Part shown: in pieces, positions 49,790 to 60,711 of the stretch
Layout of the letters: every line of letters starts with the position of its first letter
Position numbering within the stretch: position 1 is the stretch's first letter
Source of the DNA: Halarcobacter sp.
GTDB lineage: Bacteria > Campylobacterota > Campylobacteria > Campylobacterales > Arcobacteraceae
Assembly (NCBI GenBank): GCA_048571215.1
Contig: CP182352.1
Span: forward strand, 32,001-96,000
Length of the DNA: 64,000 nt
Reading direction: 5' to 3'
Made by a program: the position numbers and the translations under genes
The notes under the pieces: model-generated
What the model saw: the letters and a program-made list of their open reading frames with translations, nothing else
Database searches by the model: none
Told to the model about the DNA's origin: nothing

Positions 49790-50980
49790 TTATCCTATTT
49801 TTGAATAGATATCAAATAGTTCTATTTGTTCTTGTAGTTTATATATCTTCAGTTCAATAGCTTTGATTTTTTGAGAATTATATAGAGTGTCAACATCACT
49901 TTGTGTTTTTAGTTCAGCCTCTTTCTCCTCATTGATAATTTTTAACAAAGAATCATAAAGTTTATAATCATCTTTTGCTATTTGTTTTTTTTCATTTATC
50001 ATATTTATTTTTGCTAATTTTGTTTTATAATAGTTTTGTTCCTCTAAAATAGTATTTTTTAAAGATAATTTTGCTTTTAAATACTCAATCTTTTGTGTTT
50101 GGATATCATTGAAGGTTCTTACATCAATTGGCATAGATACAGATAAACCATAAGTTTGTGTTGTGTCATCTGTTATTGCTGGGTTGTTAGTATCATGATA
50201 TTTAGTATAATCCATTGTTGCGTTTAGTGTTGGAAGATATTTTGCTACGGTCATATTTACATAATAATCTTTTTGGTTTAAATCTTTATTTGCTTTTTTT
50301 AATTCTAAATTGTTATCTATAAAAGATTTTTCATCATTTAATTTTAGTTTTGGTAAGTCAAAACTTTTATAATCATTACTAGCAATAGATTTAAAATTGT
50401 AGTTTAATTCCTGTTTTTGGTATTTTAAATCTACAAGTGTATTTTTCACTTTATTGGCTTCTAAAATTGCATTATCTAAATAAGAAGTATCTAAAAAGCC
50501 ATTTAAAACTTGTTCTTTTTTTCTAATAATATCAATTTTTGCGTTTTTTAGTTGAATCTCACTTTTTTTAATATTTAAATCCAAAATATGAAGATTAAAA
50601 AGTATGGTAACTGCATTTTTTATAAGCTCTTTTTTTTGGATTTGGATATCTACGTTGTTATAATCATATGTTGCATTTGCATATTTTATAGCATTATAGA
50701 TACCTCCACTTTTAAAGATAGGTTGATTTATAGATACTAAACTTTTAGTAGTATCATAGTTTTCACCATAAGTTTTAGAGTATCTTAATGTTATTGGGTT
50801 TATCCAATCTTTTTTTAGCTTAGAACTACTTTGCTCATTTTGTTCTTGACTATATTTAAATAAATCTAATCTATCTTTTGAAAGAATATTCTCTTCTTTT
50901 ATATTCTCTTGTGCATTTAAAAAAAAGGGAAAAGATAAAATAGTTATTAAACTAAGTTTAGTCAATTTTTGCAAGTGCAT
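49790..50980 (-). CDS. TolC-family outer membrane protein
   Basis: Signal peptide, INQPIFKSGG, YLPTLN, GLSVSMPID. Confidence 0.8.
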   Translation of the reverse strand: MHLQKLTKLSLITILSFPFFLNAQENIKEENILSKDRLDLFKYSQEQNEQSSSKLKKDWINPITLRYSKTYGENYDTTKSLVSINQPIFKSGGIYNAIKYANATYDYNNVDIQIQKKELIKNAVTILFNLHILDLNIKKSEIQLKNAKIDIIRKKEQVLNGFLDTSYLDNAILEANKVKNTLVDLKYQKQELNYNFKSIASNDYKSFDLPKLKLNDEKSFIDNNLELKKANKDLNQKDYYVNMTVAKYLPTLNATMDYTKYHDTNNPAITDDTTQTYGLSVSMPIDVRTFNDIQTQKIEYLKAKLSLKNTILEEQNYYKTKLAKINMINEKKQIAKDDYKLYDSLLKIINEEKEAELKTQSDVDTLYNSQKIKAIELKIYKLQEQIELFDIYSKIG

Positions 50981-52142
50981 TATCTAACCTTTTAAAACCT
51001 TCATTTATCTCATCTTTTGATATTGTCAATGGTGGTAAAAATCTTAAAGTATTTCTTCCAGCTTTTAGTACTAAAACACCCTCGTTGAAACTATTTTTTA
51101 TAATAGTTGCTAAGGTATCAGCATCTTTCACTCTAAGCCCTTTCATAAGTCCAACTCCAACTTTTTGAACAAAAATATTAGTATATTTTTCAAGTATTTC
51201 AGTTAATTTAGTATCAAAGTTAATAATAGTTTCATCTAATTTTCCTGAATCTTTATACTCTTCTAAAATATCCAATACCTTATTTGCACTAGCACAACAT
51301 AAGTAGTTCCCACCAAAAGTTGAACCATGATCCCCTGGTTCAAATATATCTTTGTGAGTTGTAAGAATAGCCCCAATAGGAACACCACCACCTAAACCTT
51401 TTGCCATAGTTATTACATCAGGTTGTATCTCATAAAGATTACTTGCTAGGAACTCTCCTGTTCTATACGCTCCTGTTTGCACCTCATCAATGATAAGTAG
51501 AATATCTCTTTGTTTTAAAAATTTTGCTAACTCTTGAACTGCTTCTTTTTCAAAGTGTTGAACTCCACCTTCCCCTTGAACAAGCTCAATCATTACAGCT
51601 ACTGTTTCATCATCAATTGCATTGTAGATATCATCAATTGCACTATTAAATGAAAATCCCTCTGGATATGGAGCAAAGTTTGGACTATGAAAAGAGCTTT
51701 GACCTGTAGCTTTTACTGTTGTAATTGTTCTTCCATGAAAAGAGTGCTCTAAGGTTATAACTTTATATCTTTTTCCTTCATATTTTATTTTTCCATATTT
51801 TCTTGCAATTTTTATTGCACCTTCATTGGCTTCAGCCCCACTATTTGAAAAAAATGTTCTTACATCCATTTGTGAGTATTTTGCTATTTTTTCAGCAAGT
51901 TTTGCTTGGGGTTCTATAGCATATAGATTTGAAATATGCATAATAGAACTTGCTTGGTTGCAAATTACTTGTGCAACTTCTTGGTTCCCATGACCTACAG
52001 AAATCACTCCAATCCCTGATGTGAAGTCTATATAGTCATTGTCTTTATCATCAAAAAGCGTTGCATTTATACCTTTTTTAAAGTTGACATAATTTCTTGC
52101 ATAAGTATGAAGTACATACTTTTTGTCTAATTCTTCTAACAT
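50958..52142 (-). CDS. argD: Acetylornithine aminotransferase
   Basis: NSGAEANEGAIK, SFHGRT, DEVQTG, AKGLGGG, HGSTFGGN. Confidence 0.9.
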   Translation of the reverse strand: MLEELDKKYVLHTYARNYVNFKKGINATLFDDKDNDYIDFTSGIGVISVGHGNQEVAQVICNQASSIMHISNLYAIEPQAKLAEKIAKYSQMDVRTFFSNSGAEANEGAIKIARKYGKIKYEGKRYKVITLEHSFHGRTITTVKATGQSSFHSPNFAPYPEGFSFNSAIDDIYNAIDDETVAVMIELVQGEGGVQHFEKEAVQELAKFLKQRDILLIIDEVQTGAYRTGEFLASNLYEIQPDVITMAKGLGGGVPIGAILTTHKDIFEPGDHGSTFGGNYLCCASANKVLDILEEYKDSGKLDETIINFDTKLTEILEKYTNIFVQKVGVGLMKGLRVKDADTLATIIKNSFNEGVLVLKAGRNTLRFLPPLTISKDEINEGFKRLDNALAKID

Positions 52143-52327
52143 ATATTATTCCTAAGTTTAAGTGTCAAATTATATCCAGTTTTTTTAAACAAAATATTAA
52201 CTAATTGATTTTAATAGTTATAAAAAACTAGATTTATTTTTAATAAGAAAATCAAAATGTTATTTTTAATAAATTTTAATAAACTTTTGATATAGTGATA
52301 ATAACTAGATGTTAGGATGGAAAAATT

Positions 52328-53119
52328 ATGACTCGAATTCTATTTATTTTTGTATGTGGGATAATTTTATCAAGTATTTATTTATATGCACAAGAGAGTA
52401 GATTAGATAAAATAGAGAAAAACAATGAAATAAAAGTTTGTATTTGGCCTCAATATTATGGGATATCATATATAGATTCTAGAACACAAAAGCTTGCTGG
52501 AATTGATAGTGATTTAGCTAAAGAATTGGCAAAAGATTTAGGTGTAAAGTTGAAGTTAGTTAAGAGTTCTTTCCCCACTTTGATAAATGATATTACTACT
52601 GATAAATGTGATATTGCCATGTTTGCCATAGGAGATACAAAAAAAAGAAGAGAGAAAATGAGGTTTACAACACCCCATTTAAAAAGTGATATTTATGCAA
52701 TTACAACAAAAACAAATAGAAAAATTAAATCATGGGATGATATAGATAAAAAAGGTGTGATAGTTGCCGTTGCAAAAGGTACTTATCATGAACCTGTAAT
52801 GAAAAAAAGATTAAAAAATGCTCAACTCTTAGTGGTTAAAGGTTTTAAGCAAAGGGAAGAAGAGGTTCAATCAGGACGCGCGGATGTATTTATGACAGAT
52901 TATCCTTATGGTAAAAAAATGTTAGCAAAAACTAATTGGGCAAAGTTGATAGTTCCTAAAAAAATATACCAGCTAACTTATTATGCTTGGACTATGGCTT
53001 ATGGTGATGAAAAATTTTATAATAGAGTTGAAAAATTTGTTAAAGATATAAAAAGTGATGGAAGATTATTAAACATAGCAAAAAACAATGATTTAGAAGC
53101 TATTGTTAATATTGATTAA
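52328..53119 (+). CDS. Family-3 periplasmic substrate-binding protein
   Basis: Signal peptide, GIDSDLAKELA, GRADVFMTD. Confidence 0.85.
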   Translation: MTRILFIFVCGIILSSIYLYAQESRLDKIEKNNEIKVCIWPQYYGISYIDSRTQKLAGIDSDLAKELAKDLGVKLKLVKSSFPTLINDITTDKCDIAMFAIGDTKKRREKMRFTTPHLKSDIYAITTKTNRKIKSWDDIDKKGVIVAVAKGTYHEPVMKKRLKNAQLLVVKGFKQREEEVQSGRADVFMTDYPYGKKMLAKTNWAKLIVPKKIYQLTYYAWTMAYGDEKFYNRVEKFVKDIKSDGRLLNIAKNNDLEAIVNID

Positions 53120-53133
53120 TTAGGTTTAATAGT

Positions 53134-55569
53134 ATGAAAAAACTTATATTTGGAACAATAATTGCTTTTATAATAATCATCTCTAGTATTATGGCTGCTT
53201 TAAGTATTTTAGAAGATGAAGCAGTTAACAATTATTTAACCATTTCAAAACTAAATGCAAAATCATTTTCAAAAGAGTTAAATCAAGATTTACACAATAT
53301 AGAAAACACTATAAAACATATCTCATCTATTATAGATTTGTATAATAACGATAAAAATATTAATCAAGAACTAAAAGATATATTAAAAAGCTATCCACAA
53401 ATCCGTTCTATAAATGTATTAAAAGATAAAAAAATTGTTTATAGTTCAAATAAATACAATCTTGAAATTATTATAAATGAAAATGAGTTTTTCCCAAAAA
53501 CAATTTTTAATGAATATATACTAAAAGTTTCAATACCTTGGATTGGTAGAGATTTTGTAAGTGGGAGTAGTGCTTATACTCAAGAAGAGGATGCAGAGAA
53601 AGAACAACTTTCTTTTATCCCTATTTCTAAAATTATAGATTCCAAAAAGGGTAAGTTTAATGTTATTGTAAATCTAAATAGTGATTACTTTATCAATAGA
53701 TTTATAAATAATATGAACTCAGAAAATATAGTTTTTGAACTGATTCGATTGGATGGTGTCTTATTATTAACAACAGAAAATTTAAATACTGTTGGAACGA
53801 TGATAGCAAATCAGAACTTATTAGATAAAACTATTGAAAAAAGTGAATATTCTGGAATAGAGACAATTGATGGAACAAAATATATTTTTACTTATATTTT
53901 AACTGATGATTATCCTATAAATCTATCTGTAAAACTTGATTATGAAAAAAATCTATTAAGTTGGAACAAAAAACAGTATCATTTTTTTATTGTTACAACT
54001 ATTATAGTGGTCTTGAGTATTTTAGCCGCTTTAGTTTTTTTTATTTTATATAATAGAAAAACAGAAAAAGAGATATTGTTAAATAAACTTCAAATACAAG
54101 AACAAGAAAAATTTAAAATATTATTTCAAGATTCACATTTTATGGCAGCTGTTATTAATAGTGATGGAACTATAGTTGAGATTAATAATAAGGGTCTGGA
54201 GTTTTTAGGTAAAACAAATAAGGACTTAATAGATAAGCCATTATGGGATTTAGATTGTTGGAAAGAAAAATCAAAAAAAGATATTATAGATTTAGTAACT
54301 AGTTATTCAAATAAAAAAATAGAAATAGAATTAGATGCAGTAGATAAAAATAACAATAAAAGAGTACTTGAGTTTACTTTATCCTCAATAGATGTAGAAC
54401 AAAAAAGACTTTTAGTTTCAGTAGCTATAGATATTACAGAAAAAAAATTAAAAGAAGAGAAATTAAAACAGGCTTATACTGTATTTAGTAATACTAGGGA
54501 TGGTATTATGATTACTGATAAAAATACTAATATAATTGATGTAAATAAAGCCTTTGAAAATATAACAGGATATAAAAAAGTTGAGATTTTAAATAAGAAA
54601 GTAAATTTATTGAAGTCAAATGTTCATGATAAAAAATTTTATGATGAGATGTGGGAAAAATTAAATAATAATGCTTATTGGGAAGGTGAAATTGTAAATA
54701 TAAATAAAGATGGAAATGAGTTTATTGAATGGTTAACAATAAATAGTATTTATGATAAAAATGGTGAAGTGATAAATTATATTGGAGTATTTAGTGATAT
54801 TTCAGAACAAAAGTTTAGGGAAAAACTATTAAAAGATAAAGATTATGTACTTTATCAACAATCGAAAATGGCAGCAATGGGCGAAATGATAGGAAATATT
54901 GCCCATCAATGGAGACAACCTTTATCGGTAATTTCAACTGCTGCAACAGGAATTATAGTTCAAAAACAAATGGATATAATAGATGAGAAAGCTGAACTAA
55001 AGGCATTAACTGCAATAAATAATTCTTCTCAATACTTATCTCAAACAATAGAAAATTTTAGAAATTTTTTAAAGATTGACAAAGAATTGAAATTGTTTAA
55101 TTTAGGTGATGCTATTGGTGAAGCTATTAGTTTATCAAGTATAAAAATTAAAAGTGAAGAGATAAACTTATCCCTTAATTTAATAGAATTAAAAGTATAT
55201 GGGATAAAAAGTGAATTTATTCAAGTTATGATTAATCTATTAAACAATGCTAAAGATGCTTTCTATATAAACAAAGTAGAATCAAAATATATTTTTATAG
55301 ATATGTACGAGGAAAAGGAAAACATTTATATAAAGGTAAGAGATAATGCAGGAGGGATAGCTAAAGATATAATTGATAGGATTTTTGAACCATATTTTAC
55401 TACAAAGCATCAATCTCAAGGGACAGGAATAGGTTTGTATATGAGTTTAGAAATTATAAATAATCATTTAGATGGAACATTAAGTGTTGAAAATGAGAAA
55501 TTTACCTTAAATAATAAAGAGTATATAGGTGCTTGCTTTACTATTAAATTACCAGTTAAAACCTTTTAA
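53134..55569 (+). CDS. Membrane sensor histidine kinase with two PAS domains
   Basis: Two TM helices, periplasmic domain, PAS (VNKAFENITGY), IAHQWRQPL, DNAGGI, GTGIGL. Confidence 0.92.
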   Translation: MKKLIFGTIIAFIIIISSIMAALSILEDEAVNNYLTISKLNAKSFSKELNQDLHNIENTIKHISSIIDLYNNDKNINQELKDILKSYPQIRSINVLKDKKIVYSSNKYNLEIIINENEFFPKTIFNEYILKVSIPWIGRDFVSGSSAYTQEEDAEKEQLSFIPISKIIDSKKGKFNVIVNLNSDYFINRFINNMNSENIVFELIRLDGVLLLTTENLNTVGTMIANQNLLDKTIEKSEYSGIETIDGTKYIFTYILTDDYPINLSVKLDYEKNLLSWNKKQYHFFIVTTIIVVLSILAALVFFILYNRKTEKEILLNKLQIQEQEKFKILFQDSHFMAAVINSDGTIVEINNKGLEFLGKTNKDLIDKPLWDLDCWKEKSKKDIIDLVTSYSNKKIEIELDAVDKNNNKRVLEFTLSSIDVEQKRLLVSVAIDITEKKLKEEKLKQAYTVFSNTRDGIMITDKNTNIIDVNKAFENITGYKKVEILNKKVNLLKSNVHDKKFYDEMWEKLNNNAYWEGEIVNINKDGNEFIEWLTINSIYDKNGEVINYIGVFSDISEQKFREKLLKDKDYVLYQQSKMAAMGEMIGNIAHQWRQPLSVISTAATGIIVQKQMDIIDEKAELKALTAINNSSQYLSQTIENFRNFLKIDKELKLFNLGDAIGEAISLSSIKIKSEEINLSLNLIELKVYGIKSEFIQVMINLLNNAKDAFYINKVESKYIFIDMYEEKENIYIKVRDNAGGIAKDIIDRIFEPYFTTKHQSQGTGIGLYMSLEIINNHLDGTLSVENEKFTLNNKEYIGACFTIKLPVKTF

Positions 55570-55673
55570 TACTCCTATCCTCTAGATCAAAAAAAATTTG
55601 TTAAAAGAGTATAAAAAATATTAATTATTAATTTCCTTTTAGCTAAAATACAAACTAAAATTAAAGGAAAAAA

Positions 55674-56555
55674 ATGCAGCATTTGATCAATACTGGTGAC
55701 TTTACAAAAGAAGAGATTCTAGAACTTTTTGATGACGCTAGAGTATTTTTAGATATGGAATCTAGGGAGATTTTAAAAGGTAAAATAATTGTTGTTTTGT
55801 TTTTTGAAAATTCAACAAGAACACGAAGTGCTTTTGAAACTGCCGCAAAAAGATTGGGTGCAGAGATAATCGCACTTGATTTAGCTACTTCTTCTATAAA
55901 TAAAGGTGAAACTACTTTTGATACAGTTATGAATATTAACGCAACAAAGCCTGATGCAATTATTATTAGACACTCTGAGAGTGGATTGCCTGCAAGCTTA
56001 GCTGATCATGTGGATTGTCCAATTATAAATGCTGGAGATGGAAACAATGCACATCCTACTCAAGCCTTACTTGATCTTTTTACAATAATGGAACACTTTA
56101 ACGGGGAAACTGAAGGGAAAAAAATAGCAATTGTTGGTGATGTAAAAAGCTCTAGAGTAGCTGGATCTAATAAAAGACTTCTTCCTCGATTTGGTATGGA
56201 AGTATGTTTTGTTGCTCCTGATTGTTTTAAGACTGATGATGAAGAGTATAAACAATATGATAATATATCTGAAATTATTGATGATGTTGATGTTATTATG
56301 AGTTTACGAACACAACTTGAAAGACACAATGAGATTTTTTTCCAATCTTTAAATGAGTATGCAAAAGATTATTGTATTACAAAAGATACTTTTGCAGATA
56401 GAGATATTTTACTTTTACACCCAGGTCCTGTTAATAGAAATGTTGATATAAGTGATGAGATGTTAGCTGATCCTAGAAATAAAATTTTACAGCAAGTTAC
56501 AAATGGTGTTGCTGTAAGAATGGCAATATTAAAAAAACTGCTTACACAAAAATAG
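55674..56555 (+). CDS. pyrB: Aspartate carbamoyltransferase catalytic subunit
   Basis: FFENSTRT, HPTQALLD, HPGPVNR. Confidence 0.96.
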   Translation: MQHLINTGDFTKEEILELFDDARVFLDMESREILKGKIIVVLFFENSTRTRSAFETAAKRLGAEIIALDLATSSINKGETTFDTVMNINATKPDAIIIRHSESGLPASLADHVDCPIINAGDGNNAHPTQALLDLFTIMEHFNGETEGKKIAIVGDVKSSRVAGSNKRLLPRFGMEVCFVAPDCFKTDDEEYKQYDNISEIIDDVDVIMSLRTQLERHNEIFFQSLNEYAKDYCITKDTFADRDILLLHPGPVNRNVDISDEMLADPRNKILQQVTNGVAVRMAILKKLLTQK

Positions 56556-56556
56556 A

Positions 56557-57510
56557 TTGAACGAACAATTAAAAAATATATTAAATAAATATGGCTCTTT
56601 AAAGGAGCCATTTTTATTTGTAATCTCTTATGACTTAAAAGAGTTTTATGTAAAACCTTTAAAAGATTTACCCTCCGATATAAAATATGAGATAAAAGAT
56701 AAAAGCTTTTCAAAAATCATAAATAAAACCCAATTAAAAAAATATCCCATAAGTTTTCATGAGTATAAAAAGAGTTTTGATTTTATACAAGAGCAAATAA
56801 AAGCTGGAAATAGTTATCTTTTGAATTTAACCTTTCAAACAAAAATAGATATAAATCTAAGTTTAGATGAGATTTATGAAAAAGCAAATGCAAGATACAA
56901 ATTGAAGTTTTTTGATAACTTTGTTTGCTTTTCCCCTGAAAAGTTTATAGAGATAAAAAAAAATAAAATCTATACCTATCCTATGAAAGGAACAATTAAC
57001 GCAAACTTGCCAAATGCCCAAGCTAAAGTCTTAGCAGATACAAAAGAGATGGCTGAACATACTATGGTTGTGGATTTATTAAGAAATGATTTAGCAATAG
57101 TATCAAAAAAAGTTAGAGTTGATAAGTTTAGATATATAGATAAAATAAATGCAGGCAATAAAAAACTTCTACAAGTAAGCTCAAAAATATCTGGAGAATT
57201 AGAAAAAAATTGGCATGAAAAAATTGGAGATATAATAAGTTCGATTTTACCAGCTGGTTCAATAACGGGAACCCCAAAAAGAAAAACTCTTGAGATATTA
57301 AAAGAGATAGAAGACTATGACAGAGGGTATTATACAGGAGTGTTTGGAGTATTTGATGGGGAGTCTTTAAATAGTGCTGTTATGATAAGGTTTATTGAAA
57401 AAAATCAAAAAAATGAACTCTTTTATAAAAGTGGTGGGGGAATCACAAGTGATTCTAATGTATCTTTGGAGTATCAAGAACTTATAGATAAAATCTATCT
57501 TCCTTTTTAG
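56557..57510 (+). CDS. pabB: Aminodeoxychorismate synthase component I
   Basis: PMKGTI, KEMAEHTMVVDLLRNDL, PAGSITGTPK, SGGGIT. Confidence 0.9.
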   Translation: MNEQLKNILNKYGSLKEPFLFVISYDLKEFYVKPLKDLPSDIKYEIKDKSFSKIINKTQLKKYPISFHEYKKSFDFIQEQIKAGNSYLLNLTFQTKIDINLSLDEIYEKANARYKLKFFDNFVCFSPEKFIEIKKNKIYTYPMKGTINANLPNAQAKVLADTKEMAEHTMVVDLLRNDLAIVSKKVRVDKFRYIDKINAGNKKLLQVSSKISGELEKNWHEKIGDIISSILPAGSITGTPKRKTLEILKEIEDYDRGYYTGVFGVFDGESLNSAVMIRFIEKNQKNELFYKSGGGITSDSNVSLEYQELIDKIYLPF

Positions 57511-57596
57511 TTACAAAACCATTACAAAAAATTATTTGTAACCAAATAGTATTTTTAAGTATATTAAAATCCTTCAAATTTGTTTGAAGGAAAAAG

Positions 57597-58628
57597 ATGA
57601 AAAATACAATTTTTATAATTGAATACGCAAAGGGAAGCGATAAGGGATTTGATGGGTTTAGACCAGATACAAAACCTATTTTAAATGCTATTGAAGAAAC
57701 CACAGATTATAAAACAGAAATAGTTTTTTATAAACCAAATAGAAAATACGATTTATTAGATTATTTAAGACAAAATGCCCATGCAGTTATCTCAAGAATC
57801 AACCCAGGAAATCTAAAAGAGGTTGATGAATATTTCCAATTTTTAAAAGCCTTAGGCAATGCCGGAGTTGAAATCCATACCCATCCCGATGTAATGATTA
57901 ACTTAGACTTTAAAGATATTTTAGCAAAATTAAAAGGGACAAAATTGGGAGATGATGAAACATATTTTTATCATACCTTTGTAGACTTTGCAAGAAAATT
58001 TCCAGCTGACTTGGATAAACATGGTATTAGAGTTTTAAAAACAAACTATGGTTCAACAGGTGAGGGTGTATATTTAGTATCAAAAAAGGAAGATGGTTCT
58101 ATATTTTCAGTTGAAGCTGTAAATAATGAAAAATTTTATTATGATAATATAAATGAGTTTTTAGAAAAATTTGAATCTAAATTTGAGGAAGAATCAGAAA
58201 ATGCAGCTTATTTTAAAGGAAAAACTGGATTTGTAGGGTGTAGATACCTAGAAAGAATCTCAGAGGGTGAAATAAGAGTTTTACTTGTAAATGATAAAGC
58301 TATTTCCGTTGTACACAAAAAACCTCAAGAGGGAGAATTTTCAGCAACTTTATTTTCTGGGGCTAAATATAAATACGATTCCCCAGAAGAACCAAAATGG
58401 AAAGATGTAGTTAAACTTACTATGAAAGGTTTAAAAGATTTAAAACCTTTTTTAAATAAACAAAACTATCCACTTTTATGGACTATGGATTATATTATGG
58501 ATTATAATGAAGATGGAAGTGACAGTTATGTTCTTTCGGAGATAAATTGTTCTTGCGTAGGTATTACAACTGAGTTACAATATGCAAAAGATGTGGCAAA
58601 GGTTTTTGAAAAGAAAAGTAAAAAGTAA
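57597..58628 (+). CDS. Cj0069-family ATP-grasp-like protein
   Basis: GSDKGFDGFRPDT, ISRINPG, GSTGEG, SEINCSCVG. Confidence 0.8.
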   Translation: MKNTIFIIEYAKGSDKGFDGFRPDTKPILNAIEETTDYKTEIVFYKPNRKYDLLDYLRQNAHAVISRINPGNLKEVDEYFQFLKALGNAGVEIHTHPDVMINLDFKDILAKLKGTKLGDDETYFYHTFVDFARKFPADLDKHGIRVLKTNYGSTGEGVYLVSKKEDGSIFSVEAVNNEKFYYDNINEFLEKFESKFEEESENAAYFKGKTGFVGCRYLERISEGEIRVLLVNDKAISVVHKKPQEGEFSATLFSGAKYKYDSPEEPKWKDVVKLTMKGLKDLKPFLNKQNYPLLWTMDYIMDYNEDGSDSYVLSEINCSCVGITTELQYAKDVAKVFEKKSKK

Positions 58629-58630
58629 GT

Positions 58631-59407
58631 TTACTTTTCTTTAAAGGCCCAATACTTTAAAAAGTTAACAATATCATCTTTTACATAGATATTTTTTGTT
58701 ATATCATGTTTAGTTTGAGGTAGTAGCACCACCTTTGCATTTTTGTTTTTTTTCAAAGCCTTAGTACAGTTTCCCGTAACTTCATATTTTTCATTTGGTT
58801 TTGAATTATTACTAAAGTATTCATCATGGGTTCCAATAATATTTAAAAAAGGATCATGCTTTTTGCAACCAAGTTTAAAATCTTTTGAGTAGTAGCCATT
58901 TTCACATGAATAAGCAGTTACAATTCTACCTTTAAACTCTTTGCCTTTGTATGCAGCAGCAGCCAATGCACCTTCTGAGTTTCCCATTAAAAAAAGATTA
59001 TCAAAATCAACAAAGTCAAAACCTTGCAATTTTTTTAAGTTATAAACTATCTCTGCTTGTCTTAGTTTATGAACCACTTCATATTTTTTGATTGGGCTTG
59101 GAGTTGTATATGTAGGTCTATTATTTATTTTAAAAGAGTTTGGAGCAAAAAAGATACAATTTGCATCTTGCACTATCCATTTTCTATATAATAAACCTTT
59201 TTTAAAGCCAGCAGAACCATGCATATAAAAAAGTGTTGGCAATTTTGTTGATACTTTAAACTTGGGGTAGAGTTTTAAAAATTTGTATAATTGACCAAAA
59301 AAAGGTTTTTTAAGTCCTCCAAACCCTTTAGGTAAACCTATATAGGAGTATTTAAAAGTATCCTCAAAATTTTCATATTTATTAAGTGTTTTTTTTATTT
59401 TCCTCAA
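58631..59407 (-). CDS. Dienelactone-hydrolase-like alpha/beta hydrolase
   Basis: MHGSAG, nucleophile elbow GNSEG, C-terminal His (TKHD). Confidence 0.78.
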   Translation of the reverse strand: MRKIKKTLNKYENFEDTFKYSYIGLPKGFGGLKKPFFGQLYKFLKLYPKFKVSTKLPTLFYMHGSAGFKKGLLYRKWIVQDANCIFFAPNSFKINNRPTYTTPSPIKKYEVVHKLRQAEIVYNLKKLQGFDFVDFDNLFLMGNSEGALAAAAYKGKEFKGRIVTAYSCENGYYSKDFKLGCKKHDPFLNIIGTHDEYFSNNSKPNEKYEVTGNCTKALKKNKNAKVVLLPQTKHDITKNIYVKDDIVNFLKYWAFKEK

Positions 59408-59468
59408 AACTATTAATTCCTAAATGGTTTTTGGATATTATAACAAAAATAAAAATCAGTACGGTAAC

Positions 59469-60032
59469 ATGGAATATTTTGAAACAATAAAATGCTTTGA
59501 CAATGAAATTTTTAATTTACAATATCATAATAAAAGAGTTGCAAATACTATAGGTTTGAATCTTAACTTACAAGAGTATATATATCCTCCTAGTGAAAAG
59601 CTTTATAGATGTAAATTAATCTACAATGAGTATGAGGTCTTAGATGTGCAATACTTTGAATATAAAAAAAGGGAAATAAAAAGTTTTAAACTTATATTTG
59701 ATGATAATATTGAGTATTCAAAAAAATATCTAAATAGAGAAGATATAGATAAGGCTTTTGGAAAAAAACAGAATGCTGATGAGATTATAATAGTAAAAAA
59801 CGGTTTACTAACAGATACAAGTATTGCAAATATTGCCATATATGATGGAACAAATTGGCTTACTCCTACTATACCATTACTTTTTGGAACCACAAGAGAA
59901 AGATTTATTGAAGAAAAAAAAATGATTGAAAAACCTATTACCGTTCAGATGTTAAAGAGTGCAAAAAAAATTGCTCTTTTAAATGCAATGATAGATTTTG
60001 ATATTTTAGATGAGTATACAATTGAAGTATAA
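59469..60032 (+). CDS. pabC: Aminotransferase class IV, probable 4-amino-4-deoxychorismate lyase
   Basis: YFETIK, LTDTSIANI, PLLFGTTR; near pabB; start ATG 59469. Confidence 0.8.
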   Translation: MEYFETIKCFDNEIFNLQYHNKRVANTIGLNLNLQEYIYPPSEKLYRCKLIYNEYEVLDVQYFEYKKREIKSFKLIFDDNIEYSKKYLNREDIDKAFGKKQNADEIIIVKNGLLTDTSIANIAIYDGTNWLTPTIPLLFGTTRERFIEEKKMIEKPITVQMLKSAKKIALLNAMIDFDILDEYTIEV

Positions 60033-60711
60033 TAGAGAATTAAAAACAGCTTTTAAAATCTCTATACCTGTTATGATGGGTTATGGTGTTCTGGGCTTTG
60101 CCTTTGGCTTACTTTTAGTCTCTTTTGATTATCCTTGGTACCTAGCCCCTATTATGTCACTATTTATTTATGCTGGGGCATTACAGTTTGTGGCAATTAA
60201 CTTTTTTAATCTAAAAGCTGGACTTATAGATATAGCTATTGCATCTTGGTTTTTAAACTTACGACAATCTTTTTATGGTTTGTCTTTACTTAAAAGATTT
60301 AAAAAAACAGGAAAATTAAAACCCTATTTGATTTTTGGTCTAACCGATGAAACCTATGCCTTACTAACAACTATAGAAGATGATGAACAACTAAAGAAAA
60401 AGTGGTATTACTTTTTTTTATGTGCATTAAATCAAAGTTATTGGTTTGTTGGTTCAACCTTGGGTTCAATAGTTGGGTCAAGTATTGATTTTAATACAGC
60501 AGGTTTAGAATTTTCCTTAACAGCACTTTTTGTAGTACTTTGTATCGAACAATATAAAAGTTTAAAAAATAAAATTCCTTTTTTGATTGGAGCCTTTTGT
60601 TCAATAGTTGCAATTATCTTTGTACCTGCTGATAAGATGCTTATCTCAGCTATATTTTTATCTATAGTTTTATTGTTTATTTTTAGAAACAAGGTTGATA
60701 CAAATGGATAA
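60010..60711 (+). CDS. azlC: AzlC-family branched-chain amino acid exporter
   Basis: YAGALQF, NLRQSFYG, LTDETYA. Confidence 0.88.
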   Translation: MSIQLKYNRELKTAFKISIPVMMGYGVLGFAFGLLLVSFDYPWYLAPIMSLFIYAGALQFVAINFFNLKAGLIDIAIASWFLNLRQSFYGLSLLKRFKKTGKLKPYLIFGLTDETYALLTTIEDDEQLKKKWYYFFLCALNQSYWFVGSTLGSIVGSSIDFNTAGLEFSLTALFVVLCIEQYKSLKNKIPFLIGAFCSIVAIIFVPADKMLISAIFLSIVLLFIFRNKVDTNG

